Positions 58,640 through 63,698 of a stretch of DNA of 63,698 bases are shown here, piece after piece. The stretch's first letter is position 1. Each line of letters opens with the position of its first letter. This DNA is from Desulfobacterales bacterium (GTDB taxonomy: Bacteria; Desulfobacterota; Desulfobacteria; Desulfobacterales; JAFDDL01): NCBI GenBank assembly GCA_040235505.1, contig JBECKW010000017.1:74139-137836 (forward strand). The letters are read 5' to 3'. The translations under genes and the position numbers were made by a program. The notes beneath the pieces are model-generated. The model had not been told where the DNA came from, did no database searches, and saw nothing but the letters and a program-made list of their open reading frames with translations.

Positions 58640-59898
58640 GGCTCTGACTCCAGTTGGTCGAAACAGATCAGCGCTGCATCCTGAAGCAGGGCCTTCAGTT
58701 CGGATGGAGAGGGCGGGCAGAGATATCTGGCCAGTCGGGGGTTCTGATACACATCCGACAGGGCCGGCATCAGCCGCTCGGACAGGGTATCCGGGGATGC
58801 TCGCAGCTCCCCGGCACCTCTGAGAATCTGACCCAGGAGGTCATCCATGGCCCCGCGCTTCTCAAGATCGACTTCCGGCCGACAGTCAATCTCAAGGTCC
58901 TGCACCCACACCGGCGGGGAGTGCAGGGAGCCCGTTTCGCGGAATCGTTCCAGCAGTTCCTCTGTGACGGATATCTGCCGGAGCGGTTGGTAGAGGTCTC
59001 CACGTCCGGACAGGCGGATTCGAATAATCACCGGGCGTCCCGCCCCTTCGTCGCTTTGGCGGGAAAGGGTGTCGCTGATGGTCCGGTCCAAGTCATCCAG
59101 CGTCTCAAGGCCGCCGATATCGATTTCCGCCGTTCGCCATCGAAGCTTGTCCAGGGGCTGAAAAGAGAGCGTGGCCTGGCGGGACGCGGACACGTTTACC
59201 AGCCAGCAGCCGTGCTCTCCGCTTTCGCGTATGCTGAGTCCCTGGAGGCAGCCCGGGTAGACGATGTATGGCCGTGTTTCCAGGATTTTTTGCTCGTGGA
59301 CATGGCCCAGCGCCCAATAATCGAAACCCGATGTTCGGAGGGAGTCGAGGCTGCAGGGCGCGTAAACCCCGTGGTCCGGATTGTTCCCGCAGTTACTGTG
59401 GAGGAGGGCGATCTGGTAGAGGTCCGGGTTTTCAGCCTGGAATCCGGCCGATAGATCTTCCGCCTGGCGATGGGTTCGGTAGCTGATGCCGGAAACGGTT
59501 GCTACCGGCGAATTGCCGATGGATACCGGAATGGTTTCCACCTGATCAGGCGGAAAAAGATGCGCTTTTTCCGGCCAGTTGATTCGGTTCGACCAGGCTT
59601 CCCAGGGATCATGGTTTCCGAGAACCGTGAAGGAGCGGATACCGGCGTCTGAAAGCCGGGCCAGTCCATCCCTGAAAGCCAGCTGTGCCCGGAGGCTGCG
59701 GTCCGACAGATCAAACACATCGCCGGCAACCATCAGGAAATCCACCGATTTTTCAATGCACAGGTCGACAAGCGCTAAAAAAGCTTCATAGGTCGCGGCC
59801 CCGAGCTCTTCGCCGGCCGCCGGAAGCCTGGACCCCACCCCTTTAAAAGGGCTGCCAAGGTGCAGATCGGCCGCATGGATAAAAGAAAACGGTTTCAA
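58636..59898 (-). CDS. YhaO-like Mre11/SbcD-family nuclease
   Basis: HAADLHLGSP, AGDVFD, GNHD, LLH, YWALGHVH, YPGCLQGLSIRESG. Start TTG 59898, 9 nt after SD GGAGG. Confidence 0.92.
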   Translation of the reverse strand: MKPFSFIHAADLHLGSPFKGVGSRLPAAGEELGAATYEAFLALVDLCIEKSVDFLMVAGDVFDLSDRSLRAQLAFRDGLARLSDAGIRSFTVLGNHDPWEAWSNRINWPEKAHLFPPDQVETIPVSIGNSPVATVSGISYRTHRQAEDLSAGFQAENPDLYQIALLHSNCGNNPDHGVYAPCSLDSLRTSGFDYWALGHVHEQKILETRPYIVYPGCLQGLSIRESGEHGCWLVNVSASRQATLSFQPLDKLRWRTAEIDIGGLETLDDLDRTISDTLSRQSDEGAGRPVIIRIRLSGRGDLYQPLRQISVTEELLERFRETGSLHSPPVWVQDLEIDCRPEVDLEKRGAMDDLLGQILRGAGELRASPDTLSERLMPALSDVYQNPRLARYLCPPSPSELKALLQDAALICFDQLESEP

Positions 59899-59978
59899 GA
59901 TAATTGACCTCCGTCGCACTACCTAATCAGACCCCGGGATGATATTCAAGCTAAAAGAGGAGAATTAACAGATGAATG

Positions 59979-60006
59979 TCCAACATCCAACATCCAACGT
60001 TGAACA
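59979..60006 (+). repeat. Tandem heptamer array (single arm)
   Basis: tccaaca tccaaca tccaacg ttgaaca. Confidence 0.7.
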
Positions 60007-60059
60007 CCCAATTGAAGGATGGATTCTGTTGTTTACATAAGGGGGATTATCGATTTGTA

Positions 60060-60088
60060 TTGACAGAACAGATTCATTTCTTTAGGTT
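60060..60088 (+). promoter_or_regulatory. Probable dapA promoter
   Basis: TTGACA (60060-60065), 17-nt spacer, TAGGTT. Confidence 0.5.
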
Positions 60089-60148
60089 TTCCAAAAACAA
60101 AAACCGACAAACCATTCGACGGCAACCGTCATCAAGGGAGATTATAAC

Positions 60149-61180
60149 ATGAAGGGATGTTTTACGGCGCTGATTACACCGTTTAACGGCAATGCGCTTG
60201 ACAATGAAGGGCTTGACAGACTGGTGGCCTATCAGATTCAAAACGGTATCTCCGGTATTCTGGTGGCCGGTACCACCGGTGAGAGCCCGACCCTCACTTG
60301 GGAGGAGCACCACCGTCTGATTAAAAGAGTCGCTGAAGACACCCGGGACCGGGTGCTGTGCATTGCCGGTACCGGCAGCAACAACACCCAGGAAGCGCTG
60401 GATGCCACCCGTTTGGCCGCCGAGGCCGGCGCCGAAGCGGTACTTCTGGTGGACCCCTACTACAACGGCCCCAGTTCTCTAGAAATCCGCAGAGAATACA
60501 TTGCTCCCGTGGCGGAGGCAAATCCGGGCGTCCAAATTATTCCCTACATCATTCCCGGCCGAACCGGCGCCCAGTTGATGCCGGAGGACCTGGCGCTTTT
60601 GAGCCGCAAATACGGCAACGTGAAGACCGTGAAAGAAGCCACGGGCAGCCTGGAGAACATGCGGCGGACACGCACCTGTTGTGGTGACGGCTTTTCAATC
60701 CTTTCCGGCGACGATGCCATGACGCTGGAGATGATGACCGACCCGGCCATCCGGGCGGCGGGTGTCATCTCCGTATATTCCAACATTCTTCCCAAAGCGG
60801 TCTGCGATATGGTCAATTACGCATGTGCAGGGGACATAGAAAGCGCCCGTTCACTGGAAGCGGATCTTTCCCCCCTGTTCGAGATGGTGACGGTGAAAAC
60901 CACCGAACAAACCCCCTTAGGGCCGGTGCTCTGCAAGGCCAAAAACCCGCTGGCCGTTAAAACCCTCATGGCCATCCTGGGCATGCCCGCCGGTCCCTGC
61001 CGCCGCCCCCTGGGCCGGCTCACCCGTACCGGTCTGGATGTCCTTCTCGATGCCGCCCGGAAGGTATACACTAAAACACCCCAACTGTTTGAACCCCTCG
61101 CGGAGTTCTTTGGGGTGGACGTGGAAGCGCGGCTGAATGATCCGAAGTACCGGGAAGGGTTGTATTACGAGGAATATTAA
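60149..61180 (+). CDS. dapA: 4-hydroxy-tetrahydrodipicolinate synthase
   Basis: GCFTALITPF, GTTGESPTL, GTGSNNT, DPYYN, YIIPGRTG, Schiff-base VKEA, LSGDD; long C-terminal extension. Confidence 0.92.
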   Translation: MKGCFTALITPFNGNALDNEGLDRLVAYQIQNGISGILVAGTTGESPTLTWEEHHRLIKRVAEDTRDRVLCIAGTGSNNTQEALDATRLAAEAGAEAVLLVDPYYNGPSSLEIRREYIAPVAEANPGVQIIPYIIPGRTGAQLMPEDLALLSRKYGNVKTVKEATGSLENMRRTRTCCGDGFSILSGDDAMTLEMMTDPAIRAAGVISVYSNILPKAVCDMVNYACAGDIESARSLEADLSPLFEMVTVKTTEQTPLGPVLCKAKNPLAVKTLMAILGMPAGPCRRPLGRLTRTGLDVLLDAARKVYTKTPQLFEPLAEFFGVDVEARLNDPKYREGLYYEEY

Positions 61181-61191
61181 CTGAAAGTGTC

Positions 61192-61307
61192 TAGAGTGCA
61201 CTTGAGTGAGATAGAGTGCCTTGAGTTGAGGAGTCGTTTCACTCCGCCTTTTTTAAAACGACAGAATACCATAACTCAAGGCACTCAAGCGCACTCAAGG
61301 CACTCTA
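61192..61307. repeat. Inverted tandem ~10-mer element between convergent genes
   Basis: Perfect 15-bp arms tagagtgccttgagt (61212-61226) / actcaaggcactcta (61293-61307), additional copies of the unit, and an inner gtcgttt/aaacgac stem. Confidence 0.8.
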
Positions 61308-61335
61308 TAAACTCGTAGTTTTGGCTCTTTCTCTT

Positions 61336-62130
61336 CTACTTTTTCCGTGCGGACGCGGCCCCTTCTTTGTATTTAAACTCCCCGCCCTTGAACAGCACCC
61401 ATTTGAGCCAGCTCACGGCAAATTTCAACAGTTCGATTTCATCGGCTTTGATTTTTTCAATGGCCTCTTCGGGAATGTCGTAGCGCGCCAGGAAGGAGCT
61501 GCTGAACACAAATTCTTTGAATTTATCGATGTTATAGCTGGCCATGAAAAACATCTTTTTGCTCGGCTCGGCCAGTTTGATGGTGGCCGGAAAGGATCGC
61601 TTTCTTACCACGAGATCGGTCCAACCGGCGTTGATCTCGTCCCGGATGGTCACCATCTGGTCCCGGCGCCACTCATCCACGCTCCATTCCTTGTTTTCCT
61701 CAAACCCGCGGCAGTGGGGTTCTTTGATCAAAAAGAAAAAATCATCCTCGTCCGCGCCCTCCTTATGACTCAGGGAGGCCACGCCAAGGGGGTAGTAGCG
61801 GCAGGTAGTGGGCCGATCCTCATAAACAATACACCCATCCTCCCGGACAAAAGGGCAGGATTGCTGCTCGTCGTCCAGCAGCTTCAAGGTCACCATGGGA
61901 AGGTCCGTTTTTTCAAGAAGCTGGGGCTCGGTGTAGATGGCAAGAAAGTCCTCGGAAGAAAGATTCAGGCGGTTTTTGAGCCGGATAATGTCATAGGGCG
62001 TGAGCGTGATTTTAATCCCCCGGCAGCACTGGGTAAAACAGGCGACGCCCTTGTGGCACGAAAACGAAAACCGACTGTCGGGCCCCAGGCGTTCCGGTGG
62101 AATGCAGGCCATGCTATCTGAAGTGGTCAT
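61336..62130 (-). CDS. YkgJ-family Cys-cluster protein (paralogue of 24203-24991)
   Basis: CHKGVACFTQCC, CPFVREDGCIVYEDRPTTCRYYPLG, FMASYNIDKFKEFVF. Start ATG 62130; the track extension to 62220 runs through a repeat. Confidence 0.87.
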   Translation of the reverse strand: MTTSDSMACIPPERLGPDSRFSFSCHKGVACFTQCCRGIKITLTPYDIIRLKNRLNLSSEDFLAIYTEPQLLEKTDLPMVTLKLLDDEQQSCPFVREDGCIVYEDRPTTCRYYPLGVASLSHKEGADEDDFFFLIKEPHCRGFEENKEWSVDEWRRDQMVTIRDEINAGWTDLVVRKRSFPATIKLAEPSKKMFFMASYNIDKFKEFVFSSSFLARYDIPEEAIEKIKADEIELLKFAVSWLKWVLFKGGEFKYKEGAASARKK

Positions 62131-62163
62131 ACCAACGAAGTTCCTTTCTAAAAAAAATATATT

Positions 62164-62260
62164 ATCCGCAGATCGCGCAGATTTTCGGAGATTAAAAGGC
62201 ATTAAAGATTTTAGGTCCATGCCATTTTTTAATCTGCGAAAATCTGCGTAATCTGCGGAT
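62164..62260. repeat. Inverted tandem 9-10-mer element
   Basis: 34-bp arms atccgcagatcgcgcagattttcggagattaaaa (62164-62197) / ttttaatctgcgaaaatctgcgtaatctgcggat (62227-62260), 3 mismatches. Confidence 0.85.
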
Positions 62261-62322
62261 CATTTTGTTTCTTGTTATTATGTCGCGTTTCGCCCGTGAC
62301 TGTCAACGCGAAAACGCCCGGT

Positions 62323-63698
62323 TGTTAAGAACAAATAAACTGTCCGGACTTGTAGCACATGATTTGTCCGGTTTTATATGCACGCATGGAGGTGCATATG
62401 AGACCGACAGAATTGCGACAGGAGATCCGGAAGATGAGATTTGAAGAAGCCTACTATGGTTGGACGGAAAAGCGGTTAGATCAGAGTGAGGCAGCCCGTT
62501 TGTTGGGGGTGTGTGACCGTACTTTCAGGCGCTATGTCAACCGCTACGAGGAAAACGGGCTGGAGGGGTTGATTGATAAGCGTCTGGAGCAAGCGTCCCA
62601 CCGCCGGGCGCCGATAGATGAGGTCGTTTCTTTAACCGAGCGCTATCGCAAGCGCCATTTGGGATGGAACTGCAAACATTTCTACAGCTGGTACCGTCGC
62701 GATGGTGGCAAACGCAGCTACACCTGGGTAAAAAACCGATTACAGGAAGCTGGCCTCGTAAAAAAAGCGTCCGGAAGGGGCAAACACCGCAAAAAGAGAG
62801 CCCCCTCACCGCTGCCGGGGATGATGGTCCACCAGGACGGCAGCACCCACGAGTGGGTTGCCGGCCGGAAGTGGGATTTAATCGTCACCATGGATGATGC
62901 CACCAATGAGCACTATGACATGTTTTTTGTCGAGCAGGAAGGCACTCTATCCAGTTTTCGGGGGATCAAAACCGTTATCGAGGCCCGGGGGCTGTTCTGC
63001 TCCTTCTACAGTGATCGTGGCAGCCACTACTGGCATACCCGCGAGGCGGGCGGCAAAGTGGATAAAACCAATCCGACGCAGTTCGGAAGGGCGATGAGGC
63101 AACTGGGTATCGAAATGATAGCGGCCTATTCACCTGAAGCCAGAGGCCGAAGTGAAAGGGCTTTCGCTACGCACCAGGGACGGCTTCCCAACGAGTTGAA
63201 GCTGCTTGGCATCAACACAATAGAGGCTGCCAACCGTTACCTGAAAGAGTGCTATCTGCCGGCATTCAATCAGGAGTTCATGCAGTCGGCCTATGAAAAG
63301 GGTTCAGCGTTTGTCCCATTTCTGGGGGGCAATTTAGATGACATTCTGTGTGAGCAATTTGAACGCAGAGTAGGTAATGACAATTGCGTGGCGTTTGAAA
63401 GGATGAAGCTTCAAATACCGCCCGACCAATATCGAATGCATTACGTGAAGGTGAAGGTCCGAGTGCATCGGTATCTCGATGGCCGGCTGGCAGTTTTTCA
63501 CGGTCCCCGGAAGTTGGCCGAGTATGATGTAAAAGGAAAACTGACTGATTCACAGCAGGAAATTGCGGCGTAAGTCCGTGGCTTGCGACCCGCTGGGAAA
63601 ATCCCTCCGGCCCTACCGCCTACGGGATCTTCCCAGCTACTGCATAAAGCGGACAGTTTATTTGCTACAAAACCGGACAAAACTATTTGTTGCCAACA
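62323..63698 (+). mobile_element. ISNCY / IS1202-group insertion sequence, apparently complete (1376 bp)
   Basis: TGT...ACA ends. IRL tgttaagaacaaataaactgtccggacttgtagca aligns with the reverse complement of IRR, tgttggcaacaaatagttttgtccggttttgtagca; internal tgtccg repeats at both ends. Confidence 0.88.
62398..63573 (+). CDS. ISNCY-family DDE transposase
   Basis: HTH EAARLLGVCDRTFRRY; DDE motifs HQDGSTH, YSDRGSHY, RGRSERAF. ATG 62398 follows SD GGAGG. Confidence 0.93.
   Translation: MRPTELRQEIRKMRFEEAYYGWTEKRLDQSEAARLLGVCDRTFRRYVNRYEENGLEGLIDKRLEQASHRRAPIDEVVSLTERYRKRHLGWNCKHFYSWYRRDGGKRSYTWVKNRLQEAGLVKKASGRGKHRKKRAPSPLPGMMVHQDGSTHEWVAGRKWDLIVTMDDATNEHYDMFFVEQEGTLSSFRGIKTVIEARGLFCSFYSDRGSHYWHTREAGGKVDKTNPTQFGRAMRQLGIEMIAAYSPEARGRSERAFATHQGRLPNELKLLGINTIEAANRYLKECYLPAFNQEFMQSAYEKGSAFVPFLGGNLDDILCEQFERRVGNDNCVAFERMKLQIPPDQYRMHYVKVKVRVHRYLDGRLAVFHGPRKLAEYDVKGKLTDSQQEIAA

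Noticed and set aside
62131-62220. N-terminal extension of the YkgJ ORF (also 24715-25020, 30451-30504 and 5473-5517)
   Set aside because: The extensions run through repeats, upstream genes or intergenic DNA; family homology begins at the downstream starts.
59979-62260. Short repeats as a CRISPR array
   Set aside because: No 25-40-bp direct repeats with unique equal-length spacers, and no cas genes.

Overview
Chromosomal window from an anaerobic sulfate-reducing deltaproteobacterium (probably Desulfobacterales-like), identified by intact aprBA-qmoABC. Core genes: a partial thyX missed by the ORF track, gyrB, dnaN, infC-rpmI-rplT-pheST, dgt, arfB, tsaA and dapA. Accessory modules: an EndoQ(PHP)-UvrD fusion; an orphan PilB/GspE ATPase with eight MshEN-like repeats paired with a FlhG/MinD ATPase; a long RSH with a degenerate synthetase; a fructokinase/SPS-SPP/sucrose phosphorylase sucrose cycle; a CocE/NonD hydrolase behind a highly structured ~250-nt leader; an XdhC/AOR/MoaD/ThiF cofactor island; a PPIase-thioredoxin fusion; a phosphotransacylase-butyrate kinase-AcpS-ACP cassette; and a membrane-anchored Mre11/Rad50-like YhaO-YhaN-phosphoesterase operon. 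An IS1202-group (ISNCY) element ends exactly at the last base. Five intergenic elements are built from short tandem units, four of them in inverted arms, each with a different unit sequence. The best candidates for undescribed systems are the acyl-phosphate/ACP cassette, the MshEN-array ATPase pair, the structured CocE leader, the tandem-repeat hairpin family and the EndoQ-UvrD fusion. No tRNA, rRNA or CRISPR array was seen. All assignments come from motif recognition by eye; no database searches were run.
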